A DNA stretch of 64,000 bases from the NCBI GenBank assembly GCA_029261035.1, contig JAJDCD010000023.1, forward strand, positions 38,501-102,500. The letters are read 5' to 3'. Below are positions 1 to 8,847 of this stretch, one piece after another; positions within the stretch are counted from its first letter, which is position 1; every line of letters begins with the position of its first letter. Under the pieces are notes generated by a model. That model did no database searches, was not told where the DNA came from, and was given only the letters and a program-made list of their open reading frames with translations. A program made the translations under genes and the position numbers. This stretch comes from Candidatus Omnitrophota bacterium (lineage in GTDB: Bacteria; Omnitrophota; Omnitrophia; Omnitrophales; JACROU01).

Positions 1-33
1 CCCTTCCTTTCTAATTTAATACTATATAAATAT

Positions 34-3000
34 ATGACTATGACACAGATTAAAAAACCCATATCCATCATTTTAGCTTTATGCTTTTTGTTTACCTTAG
101 TACCGGCAGAGTCCGTCTACGCTAAGCATCCCCCTATTTACTTAAGTTCCGTTCCTGCGGTTCCAGAGGAGTGGGCTTCAGTAAAACGCTTTTCTCCTTC
201 CAAAGCCTCTATGGGTAGAATCTATTTATTAGAAGATGCTCATGGTTACATTGAAGCACAAGAACGCGTTTTGGATTTGCTTTCCTTCCTGGAAGAAAAA
301 ACCCAAGTAGAGCTGGTCGGTGTCGAAGGAAGCTCGGAAGATTTTAATCTATTACTCTTCAGAAGTTTTCCTAATCTAGAAAAGAAGAAAAGTTGGGTTC
401 GAAACAAAGTGAGGGAAGGAGAACTTTCTGGGGCTGATGGTGCAGCGATTCTGAGCAACCAGCCCATGAAATACTTTGGTATTGAAGATGAGCAACTGTA
501 TCAAAAAAACCTCAATCGTTACTTTGATGTTCAACAACAAAAACCAAATAAGCAAATAGAGGCATTCGAAGAAAAACTGGATAAACAGTTATCTAGTAAA
601 CTGTCAACCACACTTCTAGAAGTTTTGAATTTAGAAGAAAGACTGCTTCATCAAGACCAGGCTCCCTATGAATGGATGAAACAACTTTGTTCTTATCAAG
701 AAATACTTCAGGCACCTAAGAAGTTATCTCATATCTTTTCTCTCATCAAGCGTACTGAAAACGATGAAAACTTCCACGAACCACTTCCAAAACTCGAACC
801 AGAAATATTTTTAGAAATAAAGGATTACTTTACCGAATTAAAACAAAAACTGATTCGGAGTGAAGATGAGGCAAACTTACTTAAAAGAAGAGACCAGTTT
901 TTAAGACTAAAACAGTTGCGTGACTTAAAACTAACACGTCAAGAGTGGGAAAATTTAAACAAAGATTTTGATGAACTTAGGGAGTTTTTTGAGATTCAAC
1001 GTTCTTATTACCAAACAGCCATTAAACGAGAACGATCTTTTGTTAAAAGTGCTCTAAATCAAATGGAAAGCACAAAACAGAAGGAAACCATTCTTCATGT
1101 TGGGGGTTTTCATACCCAAGGCTTAAAAGAAGCATTTTTGAATAAGAACTATGAAGTTGTTCAAATAACGCCAAAGTGGAAAAAAGAAAGAGAAAGCACA
1201 TATCAAGAAAGAATGAATTTGATTGCAAGCAGCAAGAGTTCCTTGAAAGAACCTTCTCTTGTGGGTGCCAACCTTTTAAGAGGCAGGGTCGAAGGAGATG
1301 TTCTGCAAGATTGGCTGAGTCATAACAATGCGGTTGAGTGGGGAGTTCAACTTATTTTTTCTGCTTATCGTTTGAGACAACATAAAGAAAAAAAGCTATT
1401 TGATTTGTTGGACAGGCTCACGAATCATTTAGATTCCACCACACCACGCCACGAAGGTGTAGCGTCAGCGAAAAACGGTGGATCAGTTCTAAAAGGAACA
1501 GAAAAGCTAATGACTAATGGTTATGAGTTGACCGCTAGTTTAAGTGAAGATGAAAAGGTTGTTGGAGCCAGTTTAGGTGTGAAGTTTTCAGAGAAGAAGA
1601 TCTTGATTGGAAGAATAAGAACGGGTTTCAGACAAATTGAGGAAGGTAGAGTGGAAAGAGTGGAGATTGGAGATGTGAGTTTGATTGTGCAAAAGAAAAC
1701 AGGTAGAAGTAACCATTCTTTTCCAACTCCAGATGGAGATCGTGTTAGAAAGTCCGTTAATTTTATTGCTTATGAAAATTTAGATGTAATTGAACTTACT
1801 ATTGTTAAGGGTGTTGAAGGTCAAATTACTTTAGAATTTTCTCATCAGAAAAAAGGAGAGGAGCCGAAAGTATCCAAAGTCCTTTGGAATGGAAAAGAAT
1901 ACGAAAGGGTTCTCAATAATAAAGAAAAAGAAAAACAGGCATTAATCAAAAAAATTAGAAAAGCATATCAGCAGATTAAAAGCGGAGCAGCAGAGGTAGG
2001 GGTTGGCGATATTGAGCCTTTGGTAAATCTAAAGTTTGGTTGGTTGTATAGAACATTTCCAACACCGGACGGAGGCGCTTTGAAAGATAAAAAGCCAGGT
2101 TTTAACGGTAGGAATATTAAGTCAATGGACCTTAAATTAATTGCCGCCGAGAACGGAGAAATTATTTTTGAACTGAGCTATGTAACAAAGTTGGGTGAAA
2201 CGGAAAAAACAATAATGTATTGGAAAGAGAATAGTTTGTTATCTGAAAAAGACTACCACTTAAACAAAATTATGAATGGGTTTAAGGACTTGAAAGCAGG
2301 TAACGAGAGAGTGCTTGTTGGAGGTATTGATTTTTTTGTGCGTAAGAAGCAAGGGGTCTTGTCTCATCTATTTCCTTCACCCGATGGGGAGCCTTTAGGA
2401 GAAGGGACATCTATTAGAAGTGGTCCTGATATTAAAACTCTCACATTATCTCTGCTAAAAGACAAAGCGAATCAAATATTTTTGGAGCTTCACTATACAA
2501 AAGAAAACGATGAAGAAGGGGTTTCAACACTTGTTTGGCATAACGGTAAGTATGTTCTTCCCATAAAACTACTGGATCAAAAATTCAGACAAGGTTTTTC
2601 AGATATTGAAGCAGGAGGAAGTAAGTTTGATATTGGAGAAGTTAGCCCTTTTTTTAACAAGGATTATGGTGTGTCTAGGCATACATTTCCTACTCCTAAA
2701 GGAACTGTTAAGAGAAATAGCCTTGTTCGTTTAGAGAAAAATCTGGACAGAGTAGAGCTTAAGCTTTTGAAAGTTGATGATGGGAGCCTTGTTCTTGAAT
2801 TTGAATATGAATTAAAAGGAGGGGCAAAGGGAAGTAAAAAAGTTTTTTGGAATGGAAGCAAATATGAAGCGGATGTAGAAAAAGCGGTTCGAAAAGTTAA
2901 AGAAGCATATAAAAAAGTTTATGCAGGAGAGCAAAAAGTAGTTATCGGTGATGCTAGTTTGTTAGTAAGTAAAGAAAGAGCTCATTTATATAGGGTATTT

Positions 3001-6000
3001 CCTATGCCTGATGGAAATCCACGAAGAGGATCACGTAATATTGGGATGCAATTGAATGTTCAGGAAATTGCTCTTACAGTACATCGGGGCGAGAACGGAC
3101 ATCCTACACTGGAATTTTTGTATAAAAAAGATGAAGAGGAGAAGATTCTTAAAATTTATTGGAATGGAACTTTATTTGAGACGGAAAAAGAACGGCTTAT
3201 CAACAAAATAAGAGCAGGGTTTGAACAGGTTAAAACACAGGGTCAAGAAGTTAGTATTGGTGATGTGAGTCTTCTTGTGAGTAAAACATCAGGAGGATTA
3301 CAAAAGACCTTCCCAACTCCGGATGGAGGACAAATAGACAAGCCAAAAAGATTTGGAATTAGTGAAGATTTGGAGCTGATAGAACTTACTATCGAAAAAG
3401 ATGCTCAGAGCCAAAACATTTTATTGAGATTTGACGCTAGAAAAGTAGGTGAAACTCGTTGGAGTAAACCTGTTGTTTTAGTTTGGGATGGTACAAAATT
3501 TACAACAGATCGAACTAAAAACGAAGTAAATAAAGAGTTAGTCGTACAAAAAATCAAAAATGCATTTCTTGAACTCCAAAAAGAAAAGAAGAGCATTGAC
3601 ATAGGAAATGTTACCCAACTGGTTGGATCTAAAGTAGGATACCTCTATAACATTTTCCCTACTCCGGACGGAAATAAAGTGGGAAAGCCAACAACTGTAG
3701 GTCTTGGCGTTAACATTGAATCAATTAGCCTAAAAATAGAAAAAGACGAGGAGCTTGTTTTAATATTTACTGTAAAGGGAAAAAATAAAGAGACAAAAGC
3801 AGTTCGTGTTTATTGGAATGGTAAAAATTATGAAAAAGAATATAGCCGATTTTTAAGAAAAGTAAGAGAAGGGTTTCGTCTGATTTCAAAATCTGGTACG
3901 ACAGTAGTTGAATTAGGAGATGTGAGTCGAATTGTGAATACGCAAGGAGGAACTGTTTATAAAACCTTCCCTACGCCGGATGGAGCTACTATAGGAAAGA
4001 ATTTCTCTTTAGGGACTGGGGGAAAGGTTCAAGGTATTGCGTTAACCTTAAGAAAAGAAATCAAAACTGGGAGAATATTGTTAGAGTTTAATTATACAAA
4101 AATAAAAACAAAAAATGTTTTAAGAACACAGACTCTTTATTGGAATCCAAAAATTAAAACTTATTTGCCTTATGTCAAAGAAACCCAACAAGAAGTTTAT
4201 GAATTTAATCTCGAGGATGAGTTTGACGGAGCAAGTTTGGGGGATCAGTTTGATCAAAAGAAATTCGTGATTGAGCGAATTCAAAAAGCATATAAGCAAA
4301 TTGCAGACGGGAAACAAAAGGTAGATGTTGGAGATGTTAGTGCTCTCATTGATTTAAAAAAGGGTTTGTTTATTCCCCGATTTCCTGCCCCTGATGGAAG
4401 TAAGAAGCATGGAGCTCAGGCAGTTGGAATAGGACATCATGTGAAGAGGGTTTTATTAACTTTGTTGAAGGAAAATGAGACCTTAGTTTTTAAATTCACT
4501 TATTTAAAAGAGGGTAGTAGTCAGTACCAGGAAACAAAATTGTATTGGAATGGAACTAATTTTCTTCTGACACCGAAGTGGACTAGAGTGAAAATTTATA
4601 ACGCATTTGATGCTATTAAGCCAGGAGAAACTATAAGCATTGGAGATGTTAGCTCTGTTACGAACAAAGAAAGGGGCTGTTTGCTTAAGACCTTTCCTCT
4701 TCCTAATGGAGGGCGCTTAGGGAAAAACCAAACCATTCTGAGTCAAAAGAATAATGATGTTATTAGTTTGAAAGTAATAAAAGAAACGGAAGAATTAATA
4801 CTGGAATTTAGTTATTCCTCAAAAAATGACAATAAAGTGAGGCGAACTCGAATTTATTGGAATGGTTCAGCGTATGAATTAGAGCAGGACTGGAAGATTC
4901 GAAGAATAAAAGAAGCTTATAAAAAACTAAAAGAAGGGGAAGTTAAAGATATTGGAGATGTGTCTTCCGTTATTAATATAGAACGGGGGCTATTTCAAAG
5001 TGCTTTCCCCACCCCTGATGGTAGAAGGATAAAAAAAGTTTATACAGCAGCAATAGGAGCTGATTCCAAACAAGTTTGGATGAGGGTCAGAAAAGAAAAT
5101 GGAGATTTAACCTTAGAGCTTGATTACGTGAAAGAGAAAGAGAAAGGAACGCAAATTTTATATTGGAACGGAAAAAAATTTGAAACGGATTTTGAAAGAA
5201 AAATACGAAATATTCAGGAAGGTTTTCAGCGTGTTCTAGAAGATAAGACTTCAGTTTTTTCTGTTTTAAATATTGATTTTTTAGTGAATCAGAAGTATGG
5301 ATACTTTTTGCGAAGGTTTCCAACTCCGAATGGGCGCCAAATTGGAAATGCAAAATTGCCAGGATTTGGATTGAATGTCAGAAACATACAGTTAGATGTT
5401 ATTAAAGAAGATAGTGAAATGGTGCTTAGCTTTAATTATGACAAAGAAGGAAAAGATACAAAAAGTACATTGAAACTGTATTGGGACGGACATAAGTATT
5501 TGTCCGAAGAAGAAAAAAAAGGCGAAAATAACTCAAAAGAAGTTTTGATTAGAAAGATTCGTAAAGGGTATGAAGTATTACAAAAAGACGAAAAACAAAG
5601 CATAGAAATAGGGGATATCTCTTTGCTTGTTAGCATGCAAAGAGGAAAATTCAGATCTTTCTTTCCTACTCCCGAAGGAGGGAAATTAAAAACTATGGCT
5701 TCGTTATATACAGGAGTGCGTTTAGAATCTTTAACATTAAACCTTAAAAGAGAGGGTGAGGATATCGTTTTAGAGCTTAGCTTTAAAAGACAGGGAGATA
5801 CTTCTTTGAAAAACATCCAGCTTTATTGGAATGGCACTGAATTTGAACAGTTTAAGGGAAAAAGAAGCAAGATGAATGAAAAGCAGGATTTGTTAAAAAG
5901 GATAGCGGATGGATTGAAGAAGGTTCGCAAGCAAGAAGAAGACACGGTTGACATTGGAGATGTTAGCTCTGTAATGAATATGAAGTTTGGTATGATTGCT

Positions 6001-8568
6001 ATGGTTTTTCCTGCCCCGAATGGAGGGAAAGTAGGTTTTCAAAAAACATTAGGTATGGGAAAAGTAGAAGTAATTACTTTAGAGATAACAAGAGAGTCAG
6101 AAGAGTTGGTTTTGCTATTTAAATATGAGGGAAAAAATAAGAATGGAATGGCTAAACTTTATTGGACAGGTCAGGAGTATGTAACAGGGCAGCAAAGACA
6201 GATGGAATTTGTGCGAACCAGTTACGAAAAGCTTGAAAGAGGGGATGAAGTAAGAATTCAAATAGAAGAGCATGAGTTTTTAATTAATAAAAGACATGGG
6301 TTTTTACAGGGAAGTTTTCCTACTCCTGATGGAAAAGAGATAGGAGAAATGTTGTTTCCATCTATGGGAGAAAATGTGGAGTATTTAGATTTTTTTCTAA
6401 TAAAAGAAGAAAGTACGATTTTACTTGAATTCCACTCACGTCAAAAAGGAAAAAAAGAAACGATTATTTCTAGACTTTATTGGAATGGAACAGAGTTTGA
6501 AAGTGATAAAGATATTGAGGTTGGAAAAATCAAAGAGGGGTTTGAATTTCTCTCAAGGGGAATACAGCAAAGGTTTAATGTTGGTCCCTTAAATGAATTG
6601 ATTTCTAAAGGATATGGGAAGCTTCAAGCTGATTTTCCCACCCCTGATGGCAATAAAGTAGGTAGGGTGAAGCCTATGAGCTTAGGACCGAATTTTAAAG
6701 AAATTAGTTTAGAAATATTATTAGAAGAAGGGCAAATAGTTTTGTTTTTTACTTATACAGGCGAAGGAGAAAAAGAGCAAAGGCAAGGAAAAATGTATTG
6801 GGTCCACGATAAGTATTTAACTGAAAAGGAGATGCAAAAACATCGATTAGCTGAAGCGGTTAAAGCGGTTTATAACGGAAGTTTAGATCAATATGAAGTT
6901 GAGGATGTAGTCCTTTATGTGAATAAATCAGTGGGACGACTTAACAGAAGCTTCCCAACTCCCGAAGATGGGGTCGTTGGTAAAATGAAAACAATCGGCA
7001 TAGGAAAGCCGAATGCAGAAGTGAAATTTACAGTTAAAAGAGATGTAAAAACTCAAAAGTTACAACTAGTCTTCAAGTACAGGAAAGAAGGAGAGGTGGG
7101 CTTTAGAGAGGGTCCTGTAATCTTAACTTGGAATGGAACAGAATATGAAACGCCCAAAGAGATAGAGTTGCGTTTAATTAGAGAGGGTTTCCAAACGATT
7201 CAGAATGGAAATCTGAAATCTGTAAGAGTAGGAGAGCTCAACGAATTAGTCTCAAAAGAATATGGAAAACTACAGGGAGATTTTCCTACTCCTGACGGAA
7301 ATAAGATTAAAAGAATAAAATCCTTACGGATGGGCCCTAAACATAGCTATATTGCTTTAGAAATTACCAAAGAAGAAGGTGGGATAGTTTTAATTTTTGA
7401 TTACATCTTGCATGGGACAGCGGAAATAAAAAAAGGGAAGCTTTATTGGATTGATGGCACTTATTTAACTGAAAAAGAGTTTCAAAAGCATAGATTAATT
7501 AAAGCGATTGATGACGTTAATAACGGAGCTCTTTCTTTTGCTGAAATAACAAAACTGGATTATTTTTTAAATTTTAATTATGGGGTTTTGAACGAGACAT
7601 TCCCAACTCCGATAGGAACGAAAATAGGAAAACAACAATCACTTGGAATAGGGGGTCTTCTGGAATCAGTGAAACTAATTGTAGAAAAGGAAATAAGGAC
7701 TCAAAGATTGTTGCTAAAGTTTATTTATAAACGGAAGGGAGAAGCTGATTATCATCCTGAACCCGTCATTTTGTTTTGGAATAAAAAAACAAACAAGTAT
7801 GAAAAATATGTTCGCGAAGTTCAACAAGATGTTTATGAATTTGATCCCAATGAGGAGTTTGAGGGAATGAGTTTGGGAACTCGGTTAGAACGTTACCCCA
7901 AACCAATTCAGGAGGCTTTAAGGCTTGTTAACTTTTTAGATCGAGAAAATATAAATTTAGATTTTTTAGGGCAATATGTGAAACAAATTAGAACGACTGT
8001 AGCGGATCCGTCTGTTTATCAAATTATGGATGTGGTTACGTTTAAAGATCGGATTCGAGATGAAGAGTCTTTGTTAAAGATGGTTCGTATGATTGAGGAT
8101 GGCGGAAAAATTGAAGTGGCTTATAGTGAAGAGGAGCGAGAAGAAGTTCGAGGTTTCTTGAAAAAAGGTGGCTTGCTTCATGGATCATTTAAACATTATT
8201 TCAGAGATGTTTTTGTCCCATACTCAGAATTAGGAAAATCGAATCTGTCTAATTTGATCAAGGTTGTGTTGGTTGATGAGAAGAATATGGGAAGATTGAA
8301 TCAGCTAGAAGAAGACTTTTTTAAGGTGGGTTATGAGAGTCGGTGGTTGGATTATATTCCTGGAATGACAAGCATGCTTTCCAATATCAGCATTGAGGCG
8401 GCTCGAATGAAACGAGAAGGAGTGCCAGATCAATTGGCCCAATATGTTCAAAGTTTTTATGAGACGGGAACAAGCTTCTCTCTTCAGGGAGGAGTCTTGT
8501 TTTTGGATGTGGTTGAAATGTTGAAGACGAGTATTGTAAGGGATCGAATGATTGCGAGGGCGGCGTAG
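34..8568 (+). CDS. Giant exported modular protein (2844 aa): signal peptide, conserved N-terminal Tiki/TraB-like domain, 19 tandem ~104-aa FPTPDG repeats in two SLG-bounded modules, C-terminal domain ending -AA
   Basis: Long ORF; N-terminus KK + hydrophobic stretch + VYA cleavage-like site; motifs EDAH, VEG, GIED, GGFH shared with 25701-30785; 19 FP-x-P-x-G/LYWNG units; GASLG, GASLG, GMSLG at nt 1564, 4228, 7864. Confidence 0.85.
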   Translation: MTMTQIKKPISIILALCFLFTLVPAESVYAKHPPIYLSSVPAVPEEWASVKRFSPSKASMGRIYLLEDAHGYIEAQERVLDLLSFLEEKTQVELVGVEGSSEDFNLLLFRSFPNLEKKKSWVRNKVREGELSGADGAAILSNQPMKYFGIEDEQLYQKNLNRYFDVQQQKPNKQIEAFEEKLDKQLSSKLSTTLLEVLNLEERLLHQDQAPYEWMKQLCSYQEILQAPKKLSHIFSLIKRTENDENFHEPLPKLEPEIFLEIKDYFTELKQKLIRSEDEANLLKRRDQFLRLKQLRDLKLTRQEWENLNKDFDELREFFEIQRSYYQTAIKRERSFVKSALNQMESTKQKETILHVGGFHTQGLKEAFLNKNYEVVQITPKWKKERESTYQERMNLIASSKSSLKEPSLVGANLLRGRVEGDVLQDWLSHNNAVEWGVQLIFSAYRLRQHKEKKLFDLLDRLTNHLDSTTPRHEGVASAKNGGSVLKGTEKLMTNGYELTASLSEDEKVVGASLGVKFSEKKILIGRIRTGFRQIEEGRVERVEIGDVSLIVQKKTGRSNHSFPTPDGDRVRKSVNFIAYENLDVIELTIVKGVEGQITLEFSHQKKGEEPKVSKVLWNGKEYERVLNNKEKEKQALIKKIRKAYQQIKSGAAEVGVGDIEPLVNLKFGWLYRTFPTPDGGALKDKKPGFNGRNIKSMDLKLIAAENGEIIFELSYVTKLGETEKTIMYWKENSLLSEKDYHLNKIMNGFKDLKAGNERVLVGGIDFFVRKKQGVLSHLFPSPDGEPLGEGTSIRSGPDIKTLTLSLLKDKANQIFLELHYTKENDEEGVSTLVWHNGKYVLPIKLLDQKFRQGFSDIEAGGSKFDIGEVSPFFNKDYGVSRHTFPTPKGTVKRNSLVRLEKNLDRVELKLLKVDDGSLVLEFEYELKGGAKGSKKVFWNGSKYEADVEKAVRKVKEAYKKVYAGEQKVVIGDASLLVSKERAHLYRVFPMPDGNPRRGSRNIGMQLNVQEIALTVHRGENGHPTLEFLYKKDEEEKILKIYWNGTLFETEKERLINKIRAGFEQVKTQGQEVSIGDVSLLVSKTSGGLQKTFPTPDGGQIDKPKRFGISEDLELIELTIEKDAQSQNILLRFDARKVGETRWSKPVVLVWDGTKFTTDRTKNEVNKELVVQKIKNAFLELQKEKKSIDIGNVTQLVGSKVGYLYNIFPTPDGNKVGKPTTVGLGVNIESISLKIEKDEELVLIFTVKGKNKETKAVRVYWNGKNYEKEYSRFLRKVREGFRLISKSGTTVVELGDVSRIVNTQGGTVYKTFPTPDGATIGKNFSLGTGGKVQGIALTLRKEIKTGRILLEFNYTKIKTKNVLRTQTLYWNPKIKTYLPYVKETQQEVYEFNLEDEFDGASLGDQFDQKKFVIERIQKAYKQIADGKQKVDVGDVSALIDLKKGLFIPRFPAPDGSKKHGAQAVGIGHHVKRVLLTLLKENETLVFKFTYLKEGSSQYQETKLYWNGTNFLLTPKWTRVKIYNAFDAIKPGETISIGDVSSVTNKERGCLLKTFPLPNGGRLGKNQTILSQKNNDVISLKVIKETEELILEFSYSSKNDNKVRRTRIYWNGSAYELEQDWKIRRIKEAYKKLKEGEVKDIGDVSSVINIERGLFQSAFPTPDGRRIKKVYTAAIGADSKQVWMRVRKENGDLTLELDYVKEKEKGTQILYWNGKKFETDFERKIRNIQEGFQRVLEDKTSVFSVLNIDFLVNQKYGYFLRRFPTPNGRQIGNAKLPGFGLNVRNIQLDVIKEDSEMVLSFNYDKEGKDTKSTLKLYWDGHKYLSEEEKKGENNSKEVLIRKIRKGYEVLQKDEKQSIEIGDISLLVSMQRGKFRSFFPTPEGGKLKTMASLYTGVRLESLTLNLKREGEDIVLELSFKRQGDTSLKNIQLYWNGTEFEQFKGKRSKMNEKQDLLKRIADGLKKVRKQEEDTVDIGDVSSVMNMKFGMIAMVFPAPNGGKVGFQKTLGMGKVEVITLEITRESEELVLLFKYEGKNKNGMAKLYWTGQEYVTGQQRQMEFVRTSYEKLERGDEVRIQIEEHEFLINKRHGFLQGSFPTPDGKEIGEMLFPSMGENVEYLDFFLIKEESTILLEFHSRQKGKKETIISRLYWNGTEFESDKDIEVGKIKEGFEFLSRGIQQRFNVGPLNELISKGYGKLQADFPTPDGNKVGRVKPMSLGPNFKEISLEILLEEGQIVLFFTYTGEGEKEQRQGKMYWVHDKYLTEKEMQKHRLAEAVKAVYNGSLDQYEVEDVVLYVNKSVGRLNRSFPTPEDGVVGKMKTIGIGKPNAEVKFTVKRDVKTQKLQLVFKYRKEGEVGFREGPVILTWNGTEYETPKEIELRLIREGFQTIQNGNLKSVRVGELNELVSKEYGKLQGDFPTPDGNKIKRIKSLRMGPKHSYIALEITKEEGGIVLIFDYILHGTAEIKKGKLYWIDGTYLTEKEFQKHRLIKAIDDVNNGALSFAEITKLDYFLNFNYGVLNETFPTPIGTKIGKQQSLGIGGLLESVKLIVEKEIRTQRLLLKFIYKRKGEADYHPEPVILFWNKKTNKYEKYVREVQQDVYEFDPNEEFEGMSLGTRLERYPKPIQEALRLVNFLDRENINLDFLGQYVKQIRTTVADPSVYQIMDVVTFKDRIRDEESLLKMVRMIEDGGKIEVAYSEEEREEVRGFLKKGGLLHGSFKHYFRDVFVPYSELGKSNLSNLIKVVLVDEKNMGRLNQLEEDFFKVGYESRWLDYIPGMTSMLSNISIEAARMKREGVPDQLAQYVQSFYETGTSFSLQGGVLFLDVVEMLKTSIVRDRMIARAA

Positions 8569-8615
8569 TGACTGTCACCAGGCTGCGTTCTCGCAGACCA
8601 TGGTGACTGTCACTA
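8566..8615. repeat. GTGACWGTCAC palindrome pair enclosing an inner hairpin, overlapping the stop codon of the giant gene
   Basis: gtgactgtcac at 8568-8578 and 8603-8613 flanking ctgcg-ttct-cgcag. Confidence 0.8.
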
Positions 8616-8636
8616 CGTTTTTTGGCAAATGAGTTA

Positions 8637-8677
8637 TGTCATTCCCTTGGAATGCGGTAATCCAGCGTTGGATGACA
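8637..8677. repeat. TGTCATTCCC...AATCCAG REP-like element (dRS3/RPE-like family), degenerate copy
   Basis: tgtcattcccttggaatgcggtaatccag...gatgaca; related to 34885 and 53689 copies. Confidence 0.6.
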
Positions 8678-8725
8678 GAGGGTGTTTTTTATAGGAGTGC
8701 TTAGTATTTAAGTTACAGTGCCATT

Positions 8726-8749
8726 GTGCCAGGTCTAAAGACCTGGCAC
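8726..8749. repeat. GTGCCAGG...CCTGGCAC hairpin repeat
   Basis: gtgccaggtc-taaa-gacctggcac; related hairpins at 9969, 54200, 61195. Confidence 0.75.
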
Positions 8750-8769
8750 GACAGTCGGACCTTTGTCTA

Positions 8770-8827
8770 GGGGACACGCACTTTTGTCACAATTGCTCTC
8801 GCAATGGTTACAAAAGTTTATGTCCCC
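8770..8827 (+). repeat. ~58-bp bulged hairpin repeat GGGGACAC...ATGTCCCC, copy 1
   Basis: Near-identical to 45500-45559 and to the reverse complement of 35863-35919. Confidence 0.85.
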
Positions 8828-8847
8828 GGCTTCCTTTTTGTTTTTCT

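Noticed and set aside
4000-7647. Other SLG tripeptides in the giant proteins (NFSLG, PMSLG, QQSLG; also YHSLG near 61420)
   Set aside because: They lack G/A at -2 and sit inside a repeat's Gly turn or the tail domain; not counted as delimiters
1579-7863. Identifying the repeat as TALE, PPR, ankyrin, LRR or RTX
   Set aside because: Unit length (~104 aa), alpha+beta pattern and FPTPDG/LYWNG motifs match none of these
8770-8827. Integron attC sites
   Set aside because: No RYYYAAC/GTTRRRY ends, no cassette array, no integrase
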